Made by a program: the position numbers and the translations under genes. Source: Planctomycetota bacterium (GTDB lineage: Bacteria > Planctomycetota > Planctomycetia > JALXBF01). From it: DNA of 56,916 nucleotides. Location of the stretch: positions 1 to 56,916 of the forward strand of contig JALXBF010000100.1 of the NCBI GenBank assembly GCA_026991575.1. Direction: 5' to 3'. Shown here one piece after another: positions 1 to 8,893 of the stretch. The first letter of the stretch is position 1. Each line of letters begins with the position of its first letter. Under the pieces are notes generated by a model. The model searched no databases. It worked only from the letters and a program-made list of their open reading frames with translations, and had not been told where the DNA came from.

Positions 1-2
1 CC

Positions 3-719
3 CCGGGCGGTCCGGGTAACTGGCTGCTGGCCGCATATGATCGCTACAGCGGCGAGTTGCGGTGGCACAATGGCGATGACCAACCAGGGTATAGCTCCCC
101 GCTCGTGGCCACGCTGGCCGGCCAGCAGCAGATCGTGCTGTTCAGCGCAACGCGCGTGGGAGGCTACGCTCTGGAGGACGGACGACCGTTGTGGAGCTAC
201 CCGTGGCGTACGCAGCAAGGGATCAATGTGCACCAGCCGATCGTCTTCCCTGACGGCCGCGTCTTTGTGTCGTCGGACTACGGCGTCGGATGTGCGATGC
301 TGAAGGTGAGCCGGCAGGAAAACGGCACGTTCCAGGTGGAAGAGCTGTGGCGGAATCGCTGGCTGAAGGCGAAATTCTCCAGCTCCGTGGTCCACAACGG
401 CTATCTCTATGGCCTGGACGGTCCGATCATGGCCTGTCTAGAGCTGGCCACGGGTAAGCGTATGTGGAAGGGGGGGCGCTACGGATTCGGCCAACTGATT
501 CTGGTTGGTGACAGCGTGATCGTGCTGACGGAACGGGGCGAGCTAGTCCAGGTAGCAGCCAGCCCGGAACGGCATCACGAACTGGCTCGCTTCCAGGCCA
601 TCGAAGGCAAGACCTGGAATCATCCCGCCTATGCCAATGGCAGGCTCTACGTCAGGAACGACCGTGAGATGGCCTGCTATCTACTCACCGATTTGCCCGC
701 CCAACGTTCGGAGCCCTAG
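3..719 (+). CDS. PQQ-like beta-propeller repeat protein (BamB-like), 5'-partial
   Basis: Frame is open from the window start. Repeated propeller motifs (YSSPLV, GYALEDGRPLW, CLELATGKRMW, TWNHPAYANGRLYVRN). Confidence 0.85.
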   Translation, partial: PGGPGNWLLAAYDRYSGELRWHNGDDQPGYSSPLVATLAGQQQIVLFSATRVGGYALEDGRPLWSYPWRTQQGINVHQPIVFPDGRVFVSSDYGVGCAMLKVSRQENGTFQVEELWRNRWLKAKFSSSVVHNGYLYGLDGPIMACLELATGKRMWKGGRYGFGQLILVGDSVIVLTERGELVQVAASPERHHELARFQAIEGKTWNHPAYANGRLYVRNDREMACYLLTDLPAQRSEP

Positions 720-785
720 TGTCGTACTGGGCCGTATAGAGGCCGTTGTGGCCCTCTGACGGCATGACCAGTTGGAGGATGATCC

Positions 786-1421
786 ATGGCAGAAAAGCAG
801 CGAGGTCGCGCCTCGGATCGGTTGCGGAGCGGGATCAGTCGCCGCGATTTCTTGCGTGGGTCCGGCGCGTTGGCCGCGGCCACGGCGCTCCGCACCGCCA
901 CGGAAGCCGCGGCCGCACCGGCCGGTGCCGCGTCTGTGGTTGGTCCCGGTCCCGTGCCCGTGACGCTGACGGTTAACGGCCAGACACATCGCCTGAAACT
1001 CGAGCCGCGCGTGACGCTGCTCGACGCGCTGCGCAACCATCTGGACCTGACCGGCGCCAAGAAGGTCTGTGACCGCGGCACCTGCGGCGCCTGCACGGTG
1101 TTGCTGGACGGGGCACCGGTTTATGCCTGTTCCGTGCTCGCCATTGACGCTCAGGGGCACAAAATCGAGACCGTCGAAGCGCTCAGCCCCGATCACCCGA
1201 TGATCCAGGCATTTGTCGACCACGACGGTCTGCAATGCGGTTTCTGCACCCCGGGGTTTGTGATGGCAGCCGTTGCGTTCGCGCGTCAGAACCCCGAGTG
1301 CAGCGAGGAGGACGTCTGTCGCGGCCTCAGCGGCAACATCTGCCGTTGCGGCACCTATGTGGGCATTCGAGAGGCGGTGGTCGAGGCAGCGCGCAAGATG
1401 AGAGGAGCGGCCAATGCTTAA
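786..1421 (+). CDS. Xanthine dehydrogenase-family 2Fe-2S subunit with Tat signal (PaoA/YagT-like)
   Basis: SRRDFLRG twin-arginine motif; CDRGTCGACTV and QCGFCTPG...CRCG cluster motifs; GGAGG Shine-Dalgarno upstream. Confidence 0.93.
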   Translation: MAEKQRGRASDRLRSGISRRDFLRGSGALAAATALRTATEAAAAPAGAASVVGPGPVPVTLTVNGQTHRLKLEPRVTLLDALRNHLDLTGAKKVCDRGTCGACTVLLDGAPVYACSVLAIDAQGHKIETVEALSPDHPMIQAFVDHDGLQCGFCTPGFVMAAVAFARQNPECSEEDVCRGLSGNICRCGTYVGIREAVVEAARKMRGAANA

Positions 1422-3624
1422 GGCAGATTTCCTCAAGACCGCTTGGCCTGAACCTGGCAAACGGATCTGGATCGGCAAAGAAGTCAACCGCATCGACGGC
1501 GTCGCGAAGGCCTCCGGCCGGGCGAAATACACATACGACATCAATCGCCCAAACATGCTGTGGGGCAAGTTCTTGATCTGTCCCCACGCGCACGCGCGGA
1601 TTAAGCGGATCGACACCTCCCAAGCCGAAGCAATCCCCGGTGTGCGCAAGGTGGAGATCGTTCAGGGCGAGGGGTCAGAAATAGTCTTCCACGGCGATGA
1701 GATCGCCCTGGTGGTGGCCGACAGCGAAGAGCTTGCCGTCGACGGCGTGCGGGCGATCAAGGTCGAGTACGAGGTGCTTGACCATGTCGTGGACGAGACG
1801 AATCTGGACCAGATCCCGCGTGGCAACCGGCGCCCTGGCGGACGGCGCCGCACCGGTAACGTCGACGAAGCGTTCGCATCCCCCGAAGTCGTTACGATCG
1901 AGGGGCAGTATGGCATCCCGATGATCACTCACTGCTGCCTGGAATCGCACGGTGTCGTGGCCGAGTGGACCGGCGACGATGAGCTGACCGTGTGGATCTC
2001 GACCCAGAACGTCTCGGGCATCAGCGGACAGCTGGCCAACGCATTGAAAATCCCGGCCGGCAACATCCGCACGATCTGCCACTTTATCGGTGGCGGTTTC
2101 GGCTCGAAGTTCGGTCCGGACCGCTGGGGCATCTTGGCCGCCAAGATCGCTCGCGAGCTGAACCGGCCGGTCAAGATCATGCTTGACCGCGACCATGAGC
2201 TGCTCAGTGCAGGCACGCGCCCTTCGGGCTTCGCCCGGGTCAAGCTCGGCGTGGACCGCAAGACCAAGAAGGTGGTCGCTTGGGAGTCGACGCTATGGGG
2301 CACCGGTGGCCCTGGCGGCGGCGGCACCTCGATCTCGGTGACACCTTACATCTTCACGCGCATCCCGAACCAACGGCGTGAGGCGTACAACGTCCGAGCC
2401 AACGTCGGACCGCGGCGCGCGTGGCGGGCTCCGAACCATCCTCAGGGCGCTGCCCTGACCATGACAGCCCTGGCCGACGCGGCCGCCGCGCTAGGCGTGG
2501 ACGAGCTGCAGTTCTTCCTGAACAACGTGGACCTCACCGACCGACCGGACGTCTACACCCAGGAGCTGCTCATTGCCGCCGACCTCATCGAGTGGCGCAA
2601 GCACTGGCACCCGAGGGGTGAGTCGGGCTCCGGCCCGCTGGTAGAGGGGCTAGGCATTTCGATGCATACCTGGGGTGGCCGGCCGCACAACTCCCAGGCG
2701 CTTGTGCATATCTACCCGGATGGATCGGTCGACGTGCAGCTCGGTAGTCAGGATCTGGGTACCGGCACCCGTACTGTGATCGCTATCGTCGTCGCCGAGA
2801 CGCTTGGACTGAAGCCCGAACAGATCACCGTCCAGATCGGCGACAGCCGCTATCCGCCATCCGGCGCGTCGGGCGGATCGACGACCGTCGGCGGGGTGAG
2901 CAGTTCCACTCGACGCGCGGCCGTGGACGCGCTGGAGCAGCTGTTCGAAAAGGTTGCCCCGTCCCTGGGTGTGGAACCTACCGATCTGGTCGCGCGCAAC
3001 GGACGGATCCTGTCGAAATCCAAACCGGATCTGTCTGTTTCCTGGAAGCGCGCGTGCCGCACGATCGGCATGGAACCCATTACGGGCCAGGGGCGCCAGC
3101 CGGACCCGGAGGACCAGCCGCTAGCGTCCCAGGGAGTCGGCGGAGTGCAGATGGCCCATGTGGTCGTGGACAAGGACACGGGAGTGGTCCGGATCAAGCG
3201 GTTCGTGGCGGTCCAGGACTGCGGCCTGATCATCGATCTGAAGACCGCCAAGAGCCAAGTCTACGGTGGCGTCATCATGGGTATCGCGTACGCGCTCTAC
3301 GAAGAGTGCGTGCACGATCCGATCACGGGCCGGCGTTTGAACCCGAACATGGAGTTCTACAAGCTGCCCGGCATCGGTGATGTGGGCGAGATCATTGCAC
3401 ACATGATGGTTGGCAAAGTCACGGTCACGGCACCGGACGGCCGCAAGATCACGATCGATTACGATGAACCCGGAGTGATCGGTCTGGGCGAACCGCCGGT
3501 GATTTCGCCCGGCGCAGCGATTTCCAACGCGGTGGCTAACGCCATCGGTGTGCGTGTCCCACGACTGCCTCTGACCCCTGATCGTGTCCTCGCAGCCCTA
3601 GCAGGGAAAGGAGGGTTGGCCTGA
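1414..3624 (+). CDS. Xanthine dehydrogenase-family molybdopterin-binding subunit (PaoC/YagR-like)
   Basis: GGGFGSK, RAP, DLGTG, SGGSTT and GLGEPP (catalytic Glu) motifs; overlaps the upstream gene. Confidence 0.93.
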   Translation: MLKADFLKTAWPEPGKRIWIGKEVNRIDGVAKASGRAKYTYDINRPNMLWGKFLICPHAHARIKRIDTSQAEAIPGVRKVEIVQGEGSEIVFHGDEIALVVADSEELAVDGVRAIKVEYEVLDHVVDETNLDQIPRGNRRPGGRRRTGNVDEAFASPEVVTIEGQYGIPMITHCCLESHGVVAEWTGDDELTVWISTQNVSGISGQLANALKIPAGNIRTICHFIGGGFGSKFGPDRWGILAAKIARELNRPVKIMLDRDHELLSAGTRPSGFARVKLGVDRKTKKVVAWESTLWGTGGPGGGGTSISVTPYIFTRIPNQRREAYNVRANVGPRRAWRAPNHPQGAALTMTALADAAAALGVDELQFFLNNVDLTDRPDVYTQELLIAADLIEWRKHWHPRGESGSGPLVEGLGISMHTWGGRPHNSQALVHIYPDGSVDVQLGSQDLGTGTRTVIAIVVAETLGLKPEQITVQIGDSRYPPSGASGGSTTVGGVSSSTRRAAVDALEQLFEKVAPSLGVEPTDLVARNGRILSKSKPDLSVSWKRACRTIGMEPITGQGRQPDPEDQPLASQGVGGVQMAHVVVDKDTGVVRIKRFVAVQDCGLIIDLKTAKSQVYGGVIMGIAYALYEECVHDPITGRRLNPNMEFYKLPGIGDVGEIIAHMMVGKVTVTAPDGRKITIDYDEPGVIGLGEPPVISPGAAISNAVANAIGVRVPRLPLTPDRVLAALAGKGGLA

Positions 3625-4592
3625 TGAACGCATTCGAGTATGCCAGCCCACAGACGGTGCAAGAAGCCGTTGAGTTGCTCGGTCCTGGCTGGCAGGATTC
3701 CGCGGTGCTTGCCGGTGGCACGGACCTGCTCAGCCTGATGAAGGACGGCATCGTCAGCCCGAGGCGATTGGTCAACATCAAGCGGATCCGGGGGCTGGAC
3801 CGGATTGAGCTGATCGGCGACGTGGTGCGGATCGGCGCAACGGTAACTCTGGAACAGCTGCTGCGCGATGCTACGATCGCCGCGCGGTTCCCGTCGCTGA
3901 CGCAAGCGGCTGCCGGTGTCACCAGCCCGCAGATTCGCAACATGGGCACCGTCGCCGGCGACCTCTGTCAACGACCGCGTTGCTGGTATTTCCGTGCCGG
4001 TTTCGGCATCCTTGCCACCGGACCAGACGGGGAACCGCTCGTGCCGGCGGGCGACAACCGCTACCATGCGATCTTCCCGGAAGGCCAGGCATACTACGTA
4101 CACCCGTCCAGCCTGGCTCCGGCCTTGATCGCCCTCGAAGCAACCGTAGAGATCCACGGGCCGCAGGGCACGCGTGAGCTGCCGGTCGAGGAACTGTACC
4201 GGATTCCGGGCTCGAACAACGAGCGCGAACTGAACCTCGGCCCCCGTGAGATCATCACTGCGATTACCATCCCGGCCAACGGCGTCAAGAACGCCACTTA
4301 CGAGGTACGGCAGCGCCAGTTACTGGACTGGCCGTTGGCGACCGCGTCCGTGGCACTGCGTTTGTCCGGCCGCAAGGTGGTTTCGGCCCGCGTCGTGCTC
4401 GGGCATGTCGGCCCGCGACCACGCCGTGCGACGGGCGCCGAGGCGGTGCTGAACGGCGCGGAGTTGAACGAGCAGCGGATCGAAGCTGCCGCACGGGCAG
4501 CGGTCCAAGGTGCCCGGCCACTCAGCCGGAACGGTTACAAGGTGCAACTGGCCCAGGTTGCGGTAAAGCGTGCGCTGGCTTCCCTGGCGTAA
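3624..4592 (+). CDS. Xanthine dehydrogenase-family FAD-binding subunit (PaoB/YagS-like)
   Basis: LAGGTDL, SPQIRNMGTVAGDL and ARPLSRNGYKV motifs; TGATG translational coupling. Confidence 0.92.
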   Translation: MNAFEYASPQTVQEAVELLGPGWQDSAVLAGGTDLLSLMKDGIVSPRRLVNIKRIRGLDRIELIGDVVRIGATVTLEQLLRDATIAARFPSLTQAAAGVTSPQIRNMGTVAGDLCQRPRCWYFRAGFGILATGPDGEPLVPAGDNRYHAIFPEGQAYYVHPSSLAPALIALEATVEIHGPQGTRELPVEELYRIPGSNNERELNLGPREIITAITIPANGVKNATYEVRQRQLLDWPLATASVALRLSGRKVVSARVVLGHVGPRPRRATGAEAVLNGAELNEQRIEAAARAAVQGARPLSRNGYKVQLAQVAVKRALASLA

Positions 4593-4624
4593 CCCTGGCC
4601 GGTCGAAGGCAACGGAGAAGGCCA

Positions 4625-4873
4625 ATGAACCCGGAAGACCTGAGAGTCTTGAACCAAACGCTATGCAAGCACTTCCGGTCGAAAGGGATGTTCGTCTACG
4701 GCCGGATCGACCCCGAGCCAACGCTGGATGAGACAGGCAGTGATGACGAGTTTGCCGGTGACGGGTACTGCTGGTGCTTGAAGTCTGGCCAGGTTCTTGG
4801 GCCGGACAAGGACGAGGTGACGCGGCTGCGCTGCCAGCCTGGCAGACCGTGCTACGAGGCACCAGACGAGTGA
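4625..4873 (+). CDS. Small Cys-rich hypothetical protein, last gene of the molybdoenzyme operon
   Basis: GGAG SD before ATG; 82 aa with 5 Cys; followed by a hairpin. Confidence 0.7.
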   Translation: MNPEDLRVLNQTLCKHFRSKGMFVYGRIDPEPTLDETGSDDEFAGDGYCWCLKSGQVLGPDKDEVTRLRCQPGRPCYEAPDE

Positions 4874-4918
4874 GCCGCAACGAGCGGCAAACCACCACTA
4901 GGTTGGCCGATGATGCCA

Positions 4919-4941
4919 AGGGGGGCCGCCAGTGCCCCCCT
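4919..4941. terminator. Hairpin between convergent genes, probable terminator
   Basis: Perfect 8-bp stem AGGGGGGC/GCCCCCCT with a 7-nt loop, between the stops at 4873 and 4977. Confidence 0.55.
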
Positions 4942-4976
4942 CTACTCTTTACGGGCTTCCGGTGCAGGGGGTAGCG

Positions 4977-5351
4977 TTACTGCTCGTCTTCGTCGTCCTC
5001 GTCCTCGTCAGCGCAGCCCGAAGCGGCAAGCTCGTGTTGCTGGATTAAGGCTCGCACAGCCTGGATACGGTACCAGTCCAGCGGATGGATCCCGGCAACG
5101 CGCCGTTCATACTCGAGCCTGCGGAGCTCTTCGACCAGCTGCTCGTAGCTCCAGTCCTGCATCTGGTCGATCAACAGGGCAACCGGACGGGCACTGACAA
5201 GCACGCGGCGTTCTTCGGAACTCAGTTTCCGTTTGCGAACGCGCCGCTCCATGCGGCGCACCACCGCCGGGGTCACCTCCTGGCGGTAGCCGGGCCTGGC
5301 GTGGTTGCGGTCTCGACGGCGTCGCAGTCGGAACCTCTTGGCCTCGCTCAT
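4977..5351 (-). CDS. Hypothetical protein, Arg-rich N-terminus and acidic C-terminal tail
   Basis: Start reassigned to ATG 5351 (MSEAKRF) to avoid overlap with the upstream gene; helical-looking core; DEDEDDEDEQ tail. Confidence 0.65.
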   Translation of the reverse strand: MSEAKRFRLRRRRDRNHARPGYRQEVTPAVVRRMERRVRKRKLSSEERRVLVSARPVALLIDQMQDWSYEQLVEELRRLEYERRVAGIHPLDWYRIQAVRALIQQHELAASGCADEDEDDEDEQ

Positions 5352-5461
5352 CTCTTGTTCCGGATTACCCAATTTGCCCAACCCCTCAACTCGACCCACA
5401 CCGTTACATAGACGGGTGTAGCAGTTGGCTGTGACAGCGGCCGACGCCAGGTGGCGCAGCT

Positions 5462-6769
5462 TCAGCGATCCTCTACTGCCTGTCGCTCCGGTGGCCGGGT
5501 CAGTGCCGGCAGCCAGCCCTCGAAGACCCGCTTGCAAATCTGCGGGATCTCGTCCTTGATCCGCGCATAGTGATCTTCGGAGAGGTGATAGCGGCACAGC
5601 TCGTCACACTCACGCAAGAACTCCTCGAACGTCCCAGCCTCGCCGAGCGTCTTGCTTCTCCGTACCCATTCCTGCATGTGCAGATCGATCCACTGGTAGG
5701 CATTCTGCAACTCCTCGCCCAGTTCGAGGAAGAAAAAGAAGTCCCGCTGCGAGAAGAACACCCTGCTCTTGTACATCGTAAACGGGCTCAGACTAGGCAG
5801 CCCTTCTTCAGGTGGGCAGTCCAGCACGATGAACGTCTCCTTGCCAACCTCGAACCCGTAACGCAGCTCGTCGTTCATGCCGCTGGAGAACACGATACGC
5901 GGCATGTACGCAATGACCCATTCACTGTTGATACCGATCAGCCAGTCCAGGTCGCGCACGATGGTGTGGTCGTTCAGTGCCTGGAGTTCAGCCCGGGTGT
6001 AGTGCGGTTTCAGGTTTCGACCACTCTCGACCGCCGCCGGGTCAAAGACCGTGAAGTACGCGCGCAGCTTACGGGCAAACTGCTCGATCTTCGGTCGATC
6101 CTCCGGCGGCAAATGGGTCATCGGGTAGCTCAGGTACACCGGACGCCGGTCCGTGAACAGCAGGCTCTCGAAAGTCTCCGTCTCACGCTGCGGCACCACG
6201 AAATGACGTACCGCCAAGAACTGAGCGAACAGGTCGGTGACATAGACTTCGAACTCCTGCCATTTCACGATCGATTCCAGATTCAGGTGCAGGTACTCGC
6301 CGGGGTGTTCGGTCAGACGCGTGTGGATGTCCTGTGGCGCGTCAATGACGGTGATTAGCATGCGCGGATTTAGCAGGCGAAGGTCGGCCAGTTTCAGGCC
6401 CTCGCGAAGGCCGGTGCGCAAGAGAAACGTGGCGTGGCAGAAGACGACATGCAGTAGCCGAGGCAGCTCTTCGCCGTTCTGCTCCAGCTTGTCCCGCCGT
6501 TGCTGCTGCCAGCGAGCCTCGTGCTCGGCCATCTCGCGCATGATCCGCTCCAGCGCCGCCATGCGCAGGGCGGTCAAGGCATCCCGGGGCGCATTCAGGA
6601 TGTTCGAATGGTCGTAATGCAGCTTTGCCTCGCGTGCCAGCCGGTCCATGACCGCGCCGACGTTGTAGACGCGCACCCGGTCCGGATGACGCTGCGCAAG
6701 CCGCCGCACAGCCTGTTGCGCCGCCGAGCCAGAAACGCCCGTTACCAGTACCACATGAGGTTCAGCCAT
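5462..6769 (-). CDS. Archaeal-type adenylate kinase-like domain (degenerate P-loop) fused to a nucleoside 2-deoxyribosyltransferase/N-glycosidase-like domain
   Basis: N-terminal VLVTGVSGS, YNVGAVM, CHATF..GL..GL...LNP resemble AdkA. C-terminal VYLSYPM, VFDP, RDL, SSGMNDEL.YG..GK resemble the NDT/Rcl fold. Confidence 0.65.
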   Translation of the reverse strand: MAEPHVVLVTGVSGSAAQQAVRRLAQRHPDRVRVYNVGAVMDRLAREAKLHYDHSNILNAPRDALTALRMAALERIMREMAEHEARWQQQRRDKLEQNGEELPRLLHVVFCHATFLLRTGLREGLKLADLRLLNPRMLITVIDAPQDIHTRLTEHPGEYLHLNLESIVKWQEFEVYVTDLFAQFLAVRHFVVPQRETETFESLLFTDRRPVYLSYPMTHLPPEDRPKIEQFARKLRAYFTVFDPAAVESGRNLKPHYTRAELQALNDHTIVRDLDWLIGINSEWVIAYMPRIVFSSGMNDELRYGFEVGKETFIVLDCPPEEGLPSLSPFTMYKSRVFFSQRDFFFFLELGEELQNAYQWIDLHMQEWVRRSKTLGEAGTFEEFLRECDELCRYHLSEDHYARIKDEIPQICKRVFEGWLPALTRPPERQAVEDR

Positions 6770-6814
6770 AGGACCGCTGCTCGTTGACGTCGCTTCCGGG
6801 CAACAGTTACGCGC

Positions 6815-6820
6815 ATTCTA
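6815..6820 (-). promoter_or_regulatory. Putative sigma70 -10 element (TAGAAT) for the kinase-NDT gene
   Basis: TAGAAT about 45 nt upstream of the start. The same hexamer precedes purH (8706-8711, -) and udg (10409-10414, +). No clear -35. Confidence 0.4.
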
Positions 6821-7050
6821 CGTCGCAGGAGGGCAACGTCGCATCAACCCGGCTGGCAATCGTGGCCGTTGCCCAGCGTAGCCATCCCTCCGCCGGCGCA
6901 GGTCGCCCGAACCGTAGCCACGGCCCCCATGCTCGACAACCGTCGCCGCAGCGGAGCTCATCGCCAGCGCCGCCGGCCGACGTACCCGCTCGCTGGGACT
7001 GTCGACCGCACTGGCTACCGTCGCAGCAACCAATGCACGCTGCATGCCGC

Positions 7051-8634
7051 TCAGTGGCGGAAGTGACGCCGCCCGGTAAAGACCATCGCCATGCCATGTT
7101 CATTGCATGCGTCGATCGACTCCTGGTCACGGCGTGATCCGCCGGGCTGGATGATCGCTGTCACACCCGCAGCGGCTGCCCGGTCCGGACCATCACGGAA
7201 CGGGAAGAACGCATCGCTGGCCAACACCGCGCCCTCTGCGCGCTGAGCCGCCTTTCTCACCGCAATGTCCACTGCATCTGCCCGGTTCATCTGGCCGGCG
7301 CCGATGCCCACGGCCACTTTATCCTTGGCCAGCACGATCGCGTTCGACTTGACATGCTTGACCACCGTCCAGGCAAACACCAGATCCGTCCACTCCCTCT
7401 GGTCCGGCTCCCGCTCGGTAACGACCCGCCAGTTCTCCCGTAGCTCGGTCGCCACGTCCGGTGTCTGCACAAGCAGCCCCCCCAGCACGGAACGGAGCTC
7501 CCAGTAGATGGCCTGCTCCGGGTCGATCTCCTGAGCCAGTGGGCCAACCTCGATCAGCCGCACGTTCTTTCGCCAGCTCGGCCTGGTGGTCAGCAGATCC
7601 ACGGCCTCGTGTTCGAACATCGGGGCAACGATCGCTTCCACAAAGCGGCCCTCTGCGGCGATGGCTTCGGCCGTAGCCAGATCCACGCTGCGGTTCAAGG
7701 CAAGCACGCAGCCGTAAGCACTGACCGGATCGGCCTCATAAGCGCGCACAAAGGCGGTAGCCAGGTCGGCAGCACTGGCCACGCCGCACGGGTTCTGATG
7801 CTTGATGACCACGGCCGTCGGCTCGGCGAACTCGGCAACCAGTCTCAGGCCGGCGTCCAGGTCGAGCGCATTGTTGTAGGACAGGTGCTTGCCATGAACC
7901 TGACGTGCCGTGCAAATCGACGGCCCATCGTAGCCTTCAATGGCGTACATCGCGCCTTTCTGCTGCGGGTTTTCGCCGTAGCGCAGCACAGCGCGCAACT
8001 TGTACCGGGTGGTGAAGTTCTCGGGGCACCAGTTCTGCTCGGCACCGCGGGCCAGATAACCGGAGATCACCTGGTCGTACGCTGACGTGCGTGTGAACGC
8101 TTTCACGGCCAGCCTGCGTCTCAACGCTTCGGTCACACCACCGTACCGCTCAATCTCCCCGAGCACTTCCGCATAGTCGTCCGGGTCCGTCACAACCACC
8201 ACGAACGGAAAGTTCTTGGCCGCAGCACGCACCAGACTGGGCCCGCCAATGTCGATCTGCTCTAACGCCTGCTCCAGGGTCACGCCGCGTTGGGCAACGG
8301 TCCACTCGAACGGGTACAAGTTCACAGCCACCAGGTCGATTGGCGCTATGCCCAGCTTCTGAAGCGTGGCCATGTGCTCGGGGTTGTCTCGTCGAGCCAA
8401 GATGCCGGCGAACACGCGTGGATGGAGCGTCTTGACGCGGCCGTCCAGGATCTCCGGAAAACCGGTGTATTCTGCCACCTCGACGGCCCGAATGCCGGCG
8501 TCCACGAGCACCGCATGCGTGCGTCCGGTGGCAATCAACTCCACACCGGCCGCTTGAAGACCTTCGGCAAAACTGACCAGCCCCAGCTTGTTGCTGACGC
8601 TCAACAGGGCACGCTTCACCCGTACGAGGCTCAC
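7051..8634 (-). CDS. purH: Bifunctional AICAR transformylase / IMP cyclohydrolase
   Basis: RALLSVS, GRVKTLHP, IDIGGPS, LRYGENP, KHVKSNAI, ASDAFFPF, FTGRRHFRH; start set at GTG 8634. Confidence 0.97.
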   Translation of the reverse strand: MSLVRVKRALLSVSNKLGLVSFAEGLQAAGVELIATGRTHAVLVDAGIRAVEVAEYTGFPEILDGRVKTLHPRVFAGILARRDNPEHMATLQKLGIAPIDLVAVNLYPFEWTVAQRGVTLEQALEQIDIGGPSLVRAAAKNFPFVVVVTDPDDYAEVLGEIERYGGVTEALRRRLAVKAFTRTSAYDQVISGYLARGAEQNWCPENFTTRYKLRAVLRYGENPQQKGAMYAIEGYDGPSICTARQVHGKHLSYNNALDLDAGLRLVAEFAEPTAVVIKHQNPCGVASAADLATAFVRAYEADPVSAYGCVLALNRSVDLATAEAIAAEGRFVEAIVAPMFEHEAVDLLTTRPSWRKNVRLIEVGPLAQEIDPEQAIYWELRSVLGGLLVQTPDVATELRENWRVVTEREPDQREWTDLVFAWTVVKHVKSNAIVLAKDKVAVGIGAGQMNRADAVDIAVRKAAQRAEGAVLASDAFFPFRDGPDRAAAAGVTAIIQPGGSRRDQESIDACNEHGMAMVFTGRRHFRH

Positions 8635-8893
8635 GTGATCACCCCCATCGCTCCTCTCAGTGCCGGTGCAACAATCGTCGGCCGAACGCGACAACCGGAA
8701 GAAGAATTCTAGCGAAGGGGCCACCAAAGGCGACATGCTCCTTGACAAGACGCGTGGCGGGCATACCGATGCGGTACGAAATGCCCGGCCACGGCGGGCG
8801 CGACAGCTGAGTTGGAGAGTCGTCCCCGTTCCACCGGCGGCCGTGCAAGCCATGCGGTGGGCAGATGGTGTGCTCGGCCTGCGCAGGGCAGTC

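Noticed and set aside
8635..8893. ZMP/ZTP riboswitch upstream of purH
   Set aside because: The conserved GACUG.CG and CG.CUGGGC segments are not visible on the minus strand; only a weak hairpin near 8760-8786.
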